From contig CP075494.1 of NCBI GenBank assembly GCA_021613535.1, positions 14,570,001 through 14,634,000 on the forward strand: a stretch of DNA of 64,000 nucleotides, read 5' to 3'. Below are positions 1 through 13,289 of the stretch, one piece after another. The position numbers and the translations under genes were made by a program. Below the pieces are notes generated by a model. It had not been told where the DNA came from and did no database searches. It worked only from the letters and a program-made list of their open reading frames with translations. Source of the stretch: Adineta vaga. Taxonomy: Eukaryota > Animalia > Rotifera. Every line of letters begins with the position of its first letter. The stretch's first letter is position 1.

Positions 1-1122
1 TTTTTTTTTAGATTAGAATACATTATTATACTTAGATGTTGATTTTACTTTTTTACAATAATATTATTAATTATTTCTTTTTCCTCTAGTCTACCTTCAA
101 TTTATATAGATCAAAGAAAAGTAGAATAACCATCAAAATTTGTTATGCTCTCTCATATGTATATACGCATATGTCCACATTATGTGTATGTGTATACGTA
201 CGTATGTATTCCTCAATTGAGCCTTGACCGTATGCGTAGCGATATCTCTACTCATATGTTGACTAGTAATATTTCTCTCCTGACTAATTGTCAATTGCTT
301 GATGTTTATGGTCATACTTACCTATCGACACGAGCACACGTCATCAACTGATTTGAAGAAGAAGAAAAGTTAGGTAAGAAGACAAGTAAGACATTTGAAA
401 GATGAGGTGTGAAGGATGGTACAGAAACAGCACGTTATCATTGTATATATATATATGTATATATCAATACATATTGATAAGAAACAATAAATAGGTGTCT
501 CAATACTCACGTATTGCATCATTGTTATAACCATATTGATAAAGATCTCGTACTGATGAGAAGGAAAGAAAGAGTCAATGTTCGATTATTTTTATTTCAC
601 TTTCGGATGGTGATTTCAATGTGACAAATATTTCTTTTTTCTTTTCTTTATCGAATCTATCATCTTGTTATGGTCATTGTCGTTACGTTTCATTCTTTCT
701 CCCTCTCTCTCTCTCCCTCTTTTCTTCTTCTTCCGGTTGTCCATCGTTCGTTCACTTTGTTGATATGTTTGCATGTCAAAAAGGAAAGACAACTATAAGC
801 GGTTTTGTCATTCTGTCTTTTTTTGTCATAGGTACAAATTCTAATTGAGTTCGGAGTTTCTTTTACTTTTCTCTCATTTTAACTTCGGTACAAGTAGAAA
901 AATAAGAGAAAGAGAGCGATCAATAAAAAAGGCATTCTTTCTTTTTTGTCGCTAAGAACTTCCTCTTCCCTTTTTTCTCTCTTTCTCTCTCCCTTTCCTA
1001 CTTGATTTCTAATTATTTCTCCTTTCTAGATGATAAATCGAGATCGGTTTCAGTCAAATAATGATAGTATTCTTTTACTTACTAATTAATAATAAACAGT
1101 GGATATTAAATAGACAATTATA

Positions 1123-4100
1123 ATGTTATTCTTACTTCTGACATTTTTCTCATGTATATCTTCACTCTATTCATTCAATTATCAGACTGTTGAACATTGG
1201 AGATATTTGAGACAGGATAAACCAACACAAAAAGCAGCTTATTTTGGTTATTCATTAGCTGTTCATCGATCAAGGTAGATAAACCGAATTCAACTGTACA
1301 GAAGAAAGAGATAATGAATATATTCTTTTGTTTTTTTTAGTTTACTAGTCGGAGCTCCACGTGATCATTCACCCCATGATATTATAGCACGACGAGGTAC
1401 AGTATGGAAATGTGAATTTCATCCTGAAAGTTATTGTCAACGTTTACCATTTCGTCGTGATGGTAAGAAGAGAAAAGAAAAGCAAAGTTGTATTCCATTT
1501 GCAACATATATTCTTTCCGTTTTCAGGTGAAGCTAATGTACGTGTTGGTACTTCATTTGATAATAAAACTGATCAATGGTTAGGTGCTTCATTAGCTGCA
1601 AATGATGGCAATATAATCGTAAATATTCATTTGATTAAAATTAATGTAATTACTTTACATTTAGGCTGGTGCACCATTTCTTAAACATCGTATAAACGAT
1701 GGACACAGCCTCGAGTATGAAATACCAGGTGGTGCACTTATTGGAAAATATGGTACATCATTATCAATGAAAGAGAGTACACAAATATTCTCTCCATCAT
1801 TTCTTAATTGGCGTATGTCTTGTCTACTACTTTAGGTTTTTTCCTTGATCTATTAAATAAATAAATATATTTTTAAATAGATTCTCGAAATTATAATCAA
1901 GAAGGTTATGGTGAATTTGGTTTTCAAGTAGCATTGAGTAACAAACCCAAACGAATTATTGTTACTGCACCGGGTTCATTTTATTTTCGAGGTAAAACAA
2001 AAACGACTATGATCAAAGATAAAGTCATCTCGTTTTTCTAGGTGGAATTCATTCCATTCCAATCATGGAAAAGAATTGGATTGATACAAGACATCCATTT
2101 ACATCTCCACATTATAAATGGCGTGATGCTGGATGGCTTCGATATCCATCAAATTATTCATCGAATGAATATGATGATTGGTGTTATCGAGGTTATTCGT
2201 TTTCTAACTTGTTTTTTTTTATATAAAATCAATTTCATTTGAATCTTTCTAGGTTATGCATTAGCACTTGGAAATTTTAATAATGATGATAATCAAGGTA
2301 AGAAAAACAACATTTTTCTTCTTGTAAAAAGACAATCAGATGACTTGTTGTTTTGGAATAGAATTAGTGACGAGTGTACCAAAATTACATAATTATCGTG
2401 GAGCAGTGGAAATTATGAACAGTAATCTTGATGAACGTTCCATACGAACATTGAATGGTTCACAAATTGGAGAATATTTTGGTGCATCGTTATGTGTTGT
2501 TGATATCAATAATGATGGGTAATGATGAATGATAACTTGAACGATAGTTATGCTTTATTATTTAATCTAGATTGGATGATTTATTAGTTGGTGCGCCTTT
2601 ATATACGGTTAAAAAAGATGGTCGAATTATTCCGGATGCTGGTCGAATAATCATATACCATCAAACAGCAGAAGTTAGCTAGTTTTTTCTTTTGAAAAAA
2701 AAAAGAATTAGTGATTTGTGATTTAGCATAAACTTGTACGTAAACAAATTATCGAAGGAACACGTGAAGGTGGACGATTTGGACATGCTATAGCAAATTT
2801 AGGTGATATTGATAAAGATGGTTATAATGGTAGGAGAGAAATGAAAAATCTATTCATGATTAAATCGTACTGTTTTTGACTTGAATAGATGTAGCTGTTT
2901 CAATGCCATTTGGAGTTCATAATTCATCGAATGCTGTTCATATCTATCGTGGATCAAAAGATGGATTGATTTCTCCACCGACTCAGGTGAGTTTATGGTA
3001 TTTGTCAGAAAGAAATTTTAAATAAAAATTTCAGATTCTTCAAAAACCATCGTTGAAAGGTTTTGGATGGGCAATTCAAGGTCAATTTGATTATGATAAT
3101 AATGGCTATTTAGGTAAACTATTTCTATATAAAATAACCTTCGAACTTTTCCTTTTCTTTCTTTCTTTCTTTCTATTCTCAAATTATAGATGTAGCCGTA
3201 AGCAGTATTCATTCGGAAACAGTTGCCATCATTTTGTATGTTATTGAAACTAATTTACACTCGATAATTTTGTTCCTTTTTTAAAGGTCACGACCTGTTC
3301 TACGTTTACAAACAAGATTGAGTCATAGTGCACCGACAATTCCACTAAATTGCACATTACGTAGTGAAGATGCTTGGTAAGAGCAATAAAATAATAATTT
3401 CCGGTGATTTTTCTTTGTTAATAGTTTTGTTCTGAGTATATGTATTTATCTTGTGGACAATAATTATCAACCATCAAAACGTGATAGTAAGTTAATTCGT
3501 TCGACTATGAATATTTGAAATGAAAAGTGTTTTTTTTTCTTCTTCAGCCTTAACCTATGAAATACAATTGGATAAAGATAAAAATCAAGCAGATAAACGT
3601 TTATTATTTCGAGAATCGTATAAATCTTCGAAAAAACGACAACTAAGATTAGCTGATCGTGTTTGTCATGATTATTCATTATATATGAAAGTATGTGATA
3701 TTATTTCAACATATTTTCATAATCTTCATTTGAATATAGGATGATGTCAGCGATAAATTAAAACCAATTCGTATATATATGGAGTATAGTTTATCATCAA
3801 AATCAGATGCAAATATTGTTCCACCCATGCTCGATCCTGCAAATTCTTCATTTAGTTCTAACGTAAGAAAATTTCATTGTAGAAGAAAATAATTCATTGA
3901 TTCTTTGGAACTTTAGATTCCAATTCAAAAAGATTGTGGTCCAGATGATATGTGTGTATCCAATCTCGAAATGTCGACCGCAAAGTATATATTCATGAGT
4001 ATTTTTTTTGAGAGATGATCAAACTAATTGATTTATTCCTAGATCGCCAAGTATATATAAAGTTGGTTTAACAAAGAAAATCTTACTGAATATAAATGTA

Positions 4101-7100
4101 ACGAATACAGGAGAAAATGCTTATGATACGAAATGTTTTATACAATTACCAATTGGAGTAGAATATGTTAGTGCAAATTCAAGTTCAATTGTAAGAAGAA
4201 ATTTTTGAAAAATAAATCATCGATAGGTTTTTGTTTTGAATATTTTTTATAGAGAAATCTTTATTGTAATTTAATGAAACAATCAGATCGTATTGTCGTT
4301 TGTCAACTTGGTAATCCACTTTTAGCAAATACGAATGTAAGCTTAATGATTATTATTTGATAGATTTTTAGTGTTAATATGTATCATATTGTAGATTTCA
4401 TTACAAATTCATGCAGCTGTAAATAATTATTCAGCTATTCAAGTAGATCCATTGATATTTTATATCAATGTTACAAGGTTAGTTCATTAGAAATGATTTT
4501 AATTTTGATATAAAACTTTGATTTTTCAGTGATAATCCCGATTCGAAGAAATTATCTACTGAAATTCAAATACCAATATACAGTACACCAGAATTAATCT
4601 TAAGCGGGTAATCTATCCTATCGAATAAAATCTCATCATTTCAACATTCTTTATTTTGAAGTGTTGCTAAACCAGAACAAATTGCGACTGATACTTCCGA
4701 TAATGCTTTTGTCAGATATACGTCTAATCCAAAAACGAACGATCTCGAAATTTTGCACACATATACCTTACATAATCGAGGACCAAGCGATGCAAAACGT
4801 ACAGAAATTAAATTTATGTGGCCTATGTTACCATCAATCGGATTTAATCAACAAACATCTTTATTATATGGAATTGATCTACCTAATATCATTCGTGTAT
4901 CAGATCCAAAAGTCAATAAAGATCGATGTCATGTTTATCATTCCGTAAGTATAAAATATCTTGGAAAAAACTATAGAATAAAGCGTTCATTTATATTCAT
5001 TAGTCATCCTATCAAGCTCCTCCAGAAGAAAATCAAGTAAAAACTCAACAACAATCATTTCTTGAAAAATTTCGTCCACCAATTGCAAACAATCCTATTT
5101 TACAAGAACCATCTTCACTTGATCGACTTCCTGAACCTTCAATTCCAATATTTTGTCATGGACCATTATGTAAAACATTCATCTGTTATATTGATACATT
5201 ACCTATTGGTCATAGTGTTTTAATTCAATTAAAAGCAACATTACGTTATAATCAATTTCAATCGGTAAAATCAAAGAACGAAACAAAAAAATAGTAAATC
5301 TTTTCTTTTTTTTTCCTGCTGTTAGAAAGTTCAACGTTCAAAACCATTTGTTATTGTATCCAATGCAAGTGCTCAAGTTCGAGAACTTCCATTTAATTTC
5401 TCTCGAACGAAATTACAACAGCAACCCATCGTTTATTCTAAGGTCAGTTGTTTTCTTCATTCTTTAAATTTGTTCTGTGCGAAATCGATGACGATTTTTA
5501 TGTTTATAAAAACATAAAATACGATAAAATGCTTCGCGAAATTTCACATGTAAACATGAATATAGGAATGGATTAATTGTTGAATTGAACCATAATAACC
5601 AAAAAGTGATTTCATAGATTAATGACGGTACACATTTATCTGCTTGATTACATAATGCACGAATTAATGTTGATAATGTATATGGACACCAACAGATAAC
5701 AAAAGCAAAAACGAGAATAAATAGATTTTTTGCTGCACGACGATCTCGAAGTAATACAATGGATTTCGATTGTTTTCTTGATGATCTAATATTAGGTTCA
5801 CTTGATATTTGAGCTGAGAGTAAGGTTTTAACGTGTCCATTTTGACGTAATTGTAAAGTATTAGTTCGTATAAGTCCGCGTGAACGTTGTCGAATATTAC
5901 TATACACGAGAAGATTAAGAATGATTAAACTAAAAAATGGAACGAAAAATTCCACACACGCCGTTGTAACAAGATAAGGAAAATGTTTAGCAAATGGTGG
6001 ATCACATGTTTGATATTGATATGGTTCATTACCAGGTAACCAATCCCAGAGGATTATAGCAGGACCTATTTATAGAATAGAAAGTAAATATTGTATTGCA
6101 GAAAACATTATGGATGAACAAGTTTTTTCCGTGAGAAAATGTATTTTTTTATAAACCGGATTAGTTTAAATCCTCTCTCAATCTTCCTCTCTAAACAGAT
6201 GACATGTTTTTGAGTTCGTCTATTTTAAGTTATACCATAGTTAAGTATTGCTATAATCCATGTTCCAAAAACGAATTTTAATGCACGTTGAATCGATATA
6301 TTTGATAGATAATCCAAACCTTTGGAAACCATTTGATATCGATCGTAAGAAATAACCACGATACATAATGTTGATGCTGAACCAACTACATAATCAAAAA
6401 CTAACCATAATTTACATAGATGATAACCCAAATACCATTCATCAAAGATAAATTTATGAGCATAGAGTGGAATACTAGAAAGCAATGCATTTCAATAGTA
6501 AAGTAGATTTTTAATGATGGAAAATGAATCTTTTCCGGAGATAATTTTCTTATCGAATCGGATATCCCGATATGTCTAGAAGTCATACATTCTCTTTAGT
6601 TTTCATTAGACACGAATCGACAATTTTGTCATTTCCTAATGAATCTTCGCAGATGACTCGAATGTAGACGAAAGTTAAATTTTGAATATAACTTACCAAA
6701 TAAGTCCAACAAGTAAATCAGCGATAGATAAATTCAGAATAAAACAATTGGAATATGTCCGTATTCTTGAATCACATATAAATGCAATAATAACTAATAG
6801 ATTACCAAAAACAGTAATCAATGTCATAAATGAGACTAAGAAAATAAGAGTAATGAATGTTGTTTTTGATGAAAGAATTGCATTTAAATGTGTTTGATTT
6901 GAAATTGTATATGATAAAATAGTTGATGAAGTTGAATTGATTTCATGAAGATTAACATCAACATCATCGATCGGAATAATCCATGTTGAATTCATTGTAA
7001 GATATTATTCTAATAAAGTCATCTAGAATATATATTTTTGTTTCGAATGAATACAAAAAATTACATTTGTTGATTAAGAATCATATTCAAAAAATGAGGA

Positions 7101-9352
7101 AAAGATTCTAATGTTCCTGGCTTACTCTCTCTCTCTCTTTCTCTCTTTGGCGTTCTTGTTGAATGTATTTCCTTAAATTTCCTCATTTAATCACAAAGAT
7201 AACTAGTAAACGGAACTTATAAAAAATGGAATATTAATAAAACACGAGAAATTCGATTATAAAAGGAAATCTATTTGCTTTGCGTGAGTTAATATTCTTG
7301 ACTCCTATCGCAAAGAGGACACATATTACGTGTGTAAAATGTAATAGATAGGATACAGTCGACAAAATATTTTTTCTTTTAAAATACATCGGTCGTGTTA
7401 CGATGAAACCAAGCTGAAGAAGAGATTTGATTAAAAATCTCTTTATGCATATATGCTACTGAATAGCATATTTATCAAGCATACATTATCGAAAAGAAAA
7501 AATCCTGCCAAAGACGATTAGATAGAAGATCTAAATATTTCATGCTTCAATAGATTGCTGATTGCTTATTGTTTAGTAAAGAAGAGAAGAAAATCAGTAT
7601 ATATGTAGGTTTTTTCTTGATTATGAGAATGGAATAATGTATCGAACTAATTAATAGTGAGCAGTGTATAGAAGGAAATATTATTCGAGGAAAAGAAAAC
7701 AAAATAATTATCATACTTAGTTCAATAGCGACAGTAACACGCAAAAAGAAAATATTTGAATTTGTTTGCACTATTATGATTGCAATCATTTACTTTTATA
7801 TAACAGCTGCTTTTTCTCATATAACATCATTATTTCAATAAAACTGAGAAGAATGTTGATGAAATACTTCTTTTATCTTTTGAATAAATTGAAATAAAAC
7901 AATCAGTTTATTGAAACTTCTTCGATAAAAACAAGATGAAGTTTTTTTTTATAACGAATCACTGATCTGATTGATTGAAGAATGAATATCTAATTTACTT
8001 ATAATAGAATTTTCTTACCTGGTCGAATGAATACAATAAGACATATTATTGAGTTCTTCATTCTATGTAAGACAAAAATGAGATTCTCTAGAAAGTTAGG
8101 TTTTAGTGTCGTGTATATTGATCTGATAGAATCGTTTTGTTTATTATTATTATTAATAGTAGTAGAAGATAATACACAGAGTAGACTAAGGATATATGAA
8201 GGAAAACAAGAGATAGTTTTGAATGTCTCAAAGGAAACAAATCTAGTATGATTAGAATTCCGTGCGTATCAATTGGTTATCGAACATATACATAAAGGGA
8301 AGAATAGATCTGGTTTTTGTCAGATAAATATTTTCAAGTAAGCACATAATCTGTTTTTATAATAACAAACATCATAATAGAGATATACTTCTAGTTGATA
8401 AATAATCTCATGGGATTACTTGTATCGAGTAATTAATAGAAATAAGAAACTAAATGACCTTGTCTATATATCATCGAAGAAAGAAAGAAAGAAAGAAATC
8501 AAACAAGTTAACTCGACGGAGAATAAATACACATTTATCAACAACTTTTTAAACTTGATTACCTGTACTTTTTTTGTGCGATTTTCATCATTTTTCTTGC
8601 AAATGAAACTCCGACGCTTTCCTGTATACGATCAATACAGAATATTTTATAAGAACACTGTGACAAAATGTCAATCTACTTCCCGTCTACTAAATACCTT
8701 TTAAACTCTTACTTCAATTCCTTTCTATTATTAACTAGAAGTGCCACACTAAGGAACAATGAAGAAAACAAAAAAGCGGAAAATAAGAAATGATTTGACA
8801 TCAGATTTTGTACTCCTTCTTCTGAGTAGTACAAACAAGAAACACATTAATTTCATCTCACTAGTCTTGAATGAATTGTATGGAAATTGAAGATATATTT
8901 TTCTTTTAGCTTGAAACTCAAATTCCACCAGTTGTCGAACGATCATCTCAAAATTGGTTATGGCTTATCGGTCTAAGTATCACAGCTGGTGTTATACTTT
9001 TAATCATTCTTGTTGGCGTTCTCTGGTGTGTAAGTATCATTCCTTCTCATATCTAACAATCGAAGAAATCTTCAAATCTATTTGATTATTTCAGTGTGGT
9101 TTCTTCAAACGAAATCGTCCACAATATCCTATCGCTGCACGTGATGATTCACAATCGAATGAAGATCAATATCAACTATCTCCTTCATATCCATCCGGAA
9201 AGACTACATTTCAAACGGATAGCGAAGAAGTTTCAAGTGATGATAACGAAATGATGATTCAAAATTCTGGCGATAGTTTACCTATCGTTATCCCACAAAA
9301 TTCAGTACAATTCATTCAACAACAGCAACATAAAATTCCCTATCATTACTAA
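1123..9352 (+). CDS. Integrin alpha subunit (no alpha-I domain), multi-exon
   Basis: Spliced translation gives signal peptide MLFLLLTFFSCISSLYSFN and FG-GAP/Ca-binding repeats (FGYSLAV, GEYFGASLCVVDINNDGLDDLLVGAP, GRFGHAIANLGDIDKDGYN). TM exon 8910-9029 reads WLWLIGLSITAGVILLIILVGVLWC; the last exon from 9095 begins CGFFKR; stop at 9350-9352. Long intron 5443-8909. Confidence 0.95.
5464..6995 (-). CDS. Histamine H3/H4-like aminergic class A GPCR, nested antisense in the integrin intron (exons 6995-6697, 6474-6236, 6065-5464)
   Basis: Motifs GNLLVIIAF, NLSIADLLVG, CIPLY, CKLWLVFDY, SYDRY, YGPAIILW, EFFVPF, CWCPY and FWLLWFNSTINPFLY closely follow HRH3/HRH4. The GT-AG junctions keep the frame. 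Confidence 0.9.
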
Positions 9353-9926
9353 ACTTAACTCATTTTTTTTCTTCTTTTTTTTATTTAAATATTTCTATCT
9401 GTGTAAGTCATGGCTTTCTCTTTTGTTTTGTTTTTCTATCTATTTTTATTTGACGTGAGAATAACGACAATCGAAAAAAGAAAAGAAAAGAAACGAACAA
9501 ATGTTTTCTTTTCTTGTATCTTGATCGTATCAATGACGAGAAAAGTGAGAAGATGTGTGTCTATGATTGAAACAATAACAAAAAATATTTGAATTACTGC
9601 ACTTTTCAATAACAAATCAGCATGTATACATCAATATGTTTGGTTGTCACGGATTTCTTCAATGAAATGTTGCTAATGTTTGGTCTTCGAGCAATTCATC
9701 TCTTCGATCGATGAAAAATGTCTCAGATGAAGACGAAGAAAAGAAAATTGAAGTAAAATGAAATGAAAAAAAAGAAGGAATAGTAATCGATAAATGCTTA
9801 CTGAATTTTTAACTTTTAATTCTTTTTTTTTGTTACAGAACAAAACGTTTTCTTTGTTTAAACACTAGAGACATAAAACATTTTGAAAAAGAAACACTAT
9901 TTCATTGTTTCTATATGAGATATTGA

Positions 9927-11796
9927 ATGTCGAATATAATCCGACCACGAACAACATGTCATACACAAAGACCATCATTGACTGATGATGATGATCGAAA
10001 TCGTACAAATCAAAAATATTATTTAACACGAAGTTATACATTTGATAATGGAGAACGACAACAGCAACAACAACAACAACAACAACAGGCGCCATCAGAG
10101 CACCAACCGCGCTTAGTGAAATCCAGTCTACCGTCACCGAATAATTTCCAACAAAAAGCACGTTTAAGTCGGAGTTTACTTAGTAATGACAATTGGCGAG
10201 AAGAAACTATGGCTGATGTTCGTGTTAATTCGAAAATAATTGAACAAAGTGATCGAAATATTCTCTTTGGCAAAGGTAAAAATCTAAATTCTTCAAAACA
10301 ATCAGTCTATTTTGATTCTATTCAGGTATTGATCCATTACCACACGTACGAGAAATACTCAATGAACTAAGTAATGCCGAAGCATTTCTTTATGCTCGAC
10401 AATGTCGTGTTGTTGTTGCTAAATTACGTTTATGTTGGATTGATGTTAATGAAGAAATCAAATCATTATTAAAACATAAAGAATATACCGAAGCAGCGAT
10501 TGAACATATTCGAAAAGATTTAATTATTAATAAAGAAAGTGCTAGTCTACGTAAAAAACCAAGACGAGAAGCGGTATTTGATTTTTTGTTTTGAGAAAAT
10601 AACAAGACTTGTTTTTTTTTCTTTCTTCTCTTCATTATATTAGGAATCCGATGGTGTTGATGATATATTTGCTGCTGAGAAATATCATTTATTACATTTA
10701 AAGAAAATTTTAGAATTAAATTGTAAAAATATCGTTGATCAAATGCAGGTAATTGAAAATATTGATGGATGATTTGTTTTTATGTCAATTGATTATAGAA
10801 ACTTGATGAAGTTCGCCTTCGTATAAGTCAAGTTGGTAAAGAACGTTCAGTTGTCACTGAACTTATATGTCAATGTTTAACTACTGCATCAAGAGCATTT
10901 GAAGTAGCTCGATATGAAAAGTAAAATGATTTGAAAGACGAAAACCAAAATCATCTTATTCATATTCATTTTTAGATTATATAATTCTCAACAAATTCGA
11001 CGATCAGTCTCAACATGTGGTTTACGTTCATCACAAACAAATTTAAATAATTCGAATATTTCACCAGAAGCGTCATTATTGGATGAAAACGGTTTTCCTA
11101 TTGTCGGTCATTTAAATGCATTTACACCTGATGTTATTCAAGTATTTCAAGAAGCAGCTAAATTAATCGATGAATCCAATGAAATCAAACAACAAGCAAT
11201 GAGCCAAATAAAACATGCATTTAATGATGCAAAAGCTTATTCTCTCACTGTTAATCAAAGTATTGCTCAAAAACTTGCGGATATTATTACATTAGCAGTA
11301 AGAATAATTGAGAATGAAAACATTCTACTTTGGTTTCTCTTATAGCAACATTTAACAGTTTCACTTGCAGAAAATGCTCTTGCTCAAAATCGTGCTCAAC
11401 GATGGTTAGATTTAACTATGAGTGCACAACGATCAAATGCAGGTCCAGTTAGTTCAGCTGATTATAAAATAGCGGAACGTCTTGATCGTCCAATCATGCG
11501 AACCTTTCAACGTCATCCAGGAAATCAAGTGCCAGAAGCACAAATCGTTACTAAAGTAAGTAACAATCACATGTGTTTTCAATCAATTGATTCGTGTGTT
11601 TCAGACGACTGCTGATCTTCAACGTGCAGCAGAAGAAACAAAACAACAATTGAAAACAGTGAAAATCGTTGGTAAACGATTACAAGCGAATTTAATCGAT
11701 AAGGAAAAGGCCTTAGGTGTTGATGCACATCTTCTTCGTCGACGACGAGAACAATCCGATCATAAATGGGGTGTTAACAAATATGTACACGTTTAA
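9927..11796 (+). CDS. CCDC105: Tektin-like protein 1 / coiled-coil domain-containing 105, with N-terminal polyQ extension
   Basis: Coiled-coil exons with C-terminal GPVSSADYKIAERLDRPIMRTFQRHPGNQVPEA, which matches the CCDC105 signature (LDRPLVRxYQRHxGxQLPEA). About 7 exons with short GT-AG introns. Confidence 0.8.
10059..10088 (+). repeat. CAA/CAG trinucleotide repeat encoding Q10
   Basis: caa cag caa caa caa caa caa caa caa cag, in frame in exon 1 of the CCDC105-like gene. Confidence 0.9.
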
Positions 11797-11976
11797 ATCT
11801 GAAGATACCTTTTCTTATCTTTTTTTTTTCTTTCTTCAATTATAACAAGTTTTTTTCTTCTTTTCTCCAGTACTTCAATTTATCTTTCAAAAGGACTATT
11901 CTAAAACTACTTAAAATACAAAGGAAAAAAAACGAGAATAATACTTCGGATAAAATAAACGTTCAGTTATTTTCAT

Positions 11977-13093
11977 TTAATTTTCCGTATGTACTAATAA
12001 TGGATTACCATTATCTTCAATCAATTGCGAATGTATAGACATTAAACCTTTAAAATATCGAACTGTTTTCACTTTTAATTCCATTGTTGCATCTTCATCA
12101 CAAACACATAGAAATCTTGGATGATTTTGAAATGCTGAAACGGTCCACATATGATTAACACCTTCTTCAATTGCCATATGAAGTGCATAAGCTTTCGATG
12201 TACCTGATATTAATATTAATACCTATTCCAAAGGAAAAAGAACGTCAAGGTTGTCATAGAAGTCTATAAAAACAACTTCAATCCATTACTAAGATTTGAA
12301 TCGAGCAAATAAAAACAACATTCTCTAACTTACTTCACGTGCATCCATTACTGTTCCAACACCAACAGTCAATGCAGATTTCGGTACTTTTGTTATATCA
12401 TTATCAAAAAATCGAGCATTAGCAATAATTGTATCTTGAGCGAGAGTTTTCACACGAGTTCGAGATACTAAACTTGATCCTAAACAAAACAATCTTTTTC
12501 TTTCTAATAAATAAAGAATCATTTTGTTTCCAACCTGGTTCATTGAATGCAATATGTCCATCAGGTCCAATACCACCGACAAATAATTCAACTCCACCTA
12601 CGGCTTGAATAGCTTTTTCATATTCATTACATTCTTGAATAAGATCAGCCGCATTTCCATCGAGAATATGAACATTTTTTGGATCAATATCAATATGTTT
12701 AAAGAAATTATTCCACATAAATGAATGATAACTTTCCGGATGATCCTAAATATTCAACCAAATGAACCATTTCAATCAATTAATATTATTCTTCAATCTT
12801 ACGCGTGGTAATCCAACATATTCATCCATATTAAAAGTAACAACATATTTAAATGATAATTGCTTTGCTTTGACAAATTCAATTAGCTTTTTATATGTAC
12901 CCAATGGTGTACTGCCTAGAAATGTGTAAATAGTTTTGAATAAAGAATGTAAACAAAATGATAGCATACCAGTTGGTAAACCAAGTACAAAAAGACGATC
13001 AGAACTTGGCTTAAAATCATTAATTCGCTTTTTTATGTACCGAGCACCCCACTCGGCCATGGAACTATAATCATCAGTAATTACTAGACGCAT
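11977..13093 (-). CDS. GNPDA1: Glucosamine-6-phosphate deaminase
   Basis: Motifs [51 protein letters not shown] and [13 protein letters not shown] across short-intron exons. Animal-type N-terminus; the paralog number is not meaningful outside vertebrates. Confidence 0.95.
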
Positions 13094-13202
13094 CTAAAAT
13101 AAACAAAATCTGAAATATCTATAAGCTTATTCATAAAAAAGACGAATATTTGTTATAAAATCGAAGCTTTCTTTTTTTCCTCCGATCTATCTCAGTCAGA
13201 TA

Positions 13203-13289
13203 TGACCTTCAACTTCATAGGAGTAAAGAAAAACCTTCGTTCAGTAACACAATAGGAGAGTAAATATGTTAACCTTGAACAGAAGGTCA
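13203..13289. promoter_or_regulatory. Cluster of nuclear-receptor extended half-sites (ERR/FTZ-F1-like) in the GNPDA-CPT2 divergent intergenic region
   Basis: TGAAGGTCA on minus (13203-13211), TCAAGGTTA on minus (13270-13278) and AGAAGGTCA on plus (13281-13289). Motif match only. Confidence 0.35.

Noticed and set aside
154-208. Alternating purine-pyrimidine tract and the overlapping 60-68 aa ORFs
   Set aside because: This is low-complexity TA/TG/CA sequence; the ORFs are by-products with no domain features.
11977-13093. GNPDA as a bacterial nagB horizontal transfer
   Set aside because: It has multiple spliceosomal introns and animal-type sequence ([24 protein letters not shown]).
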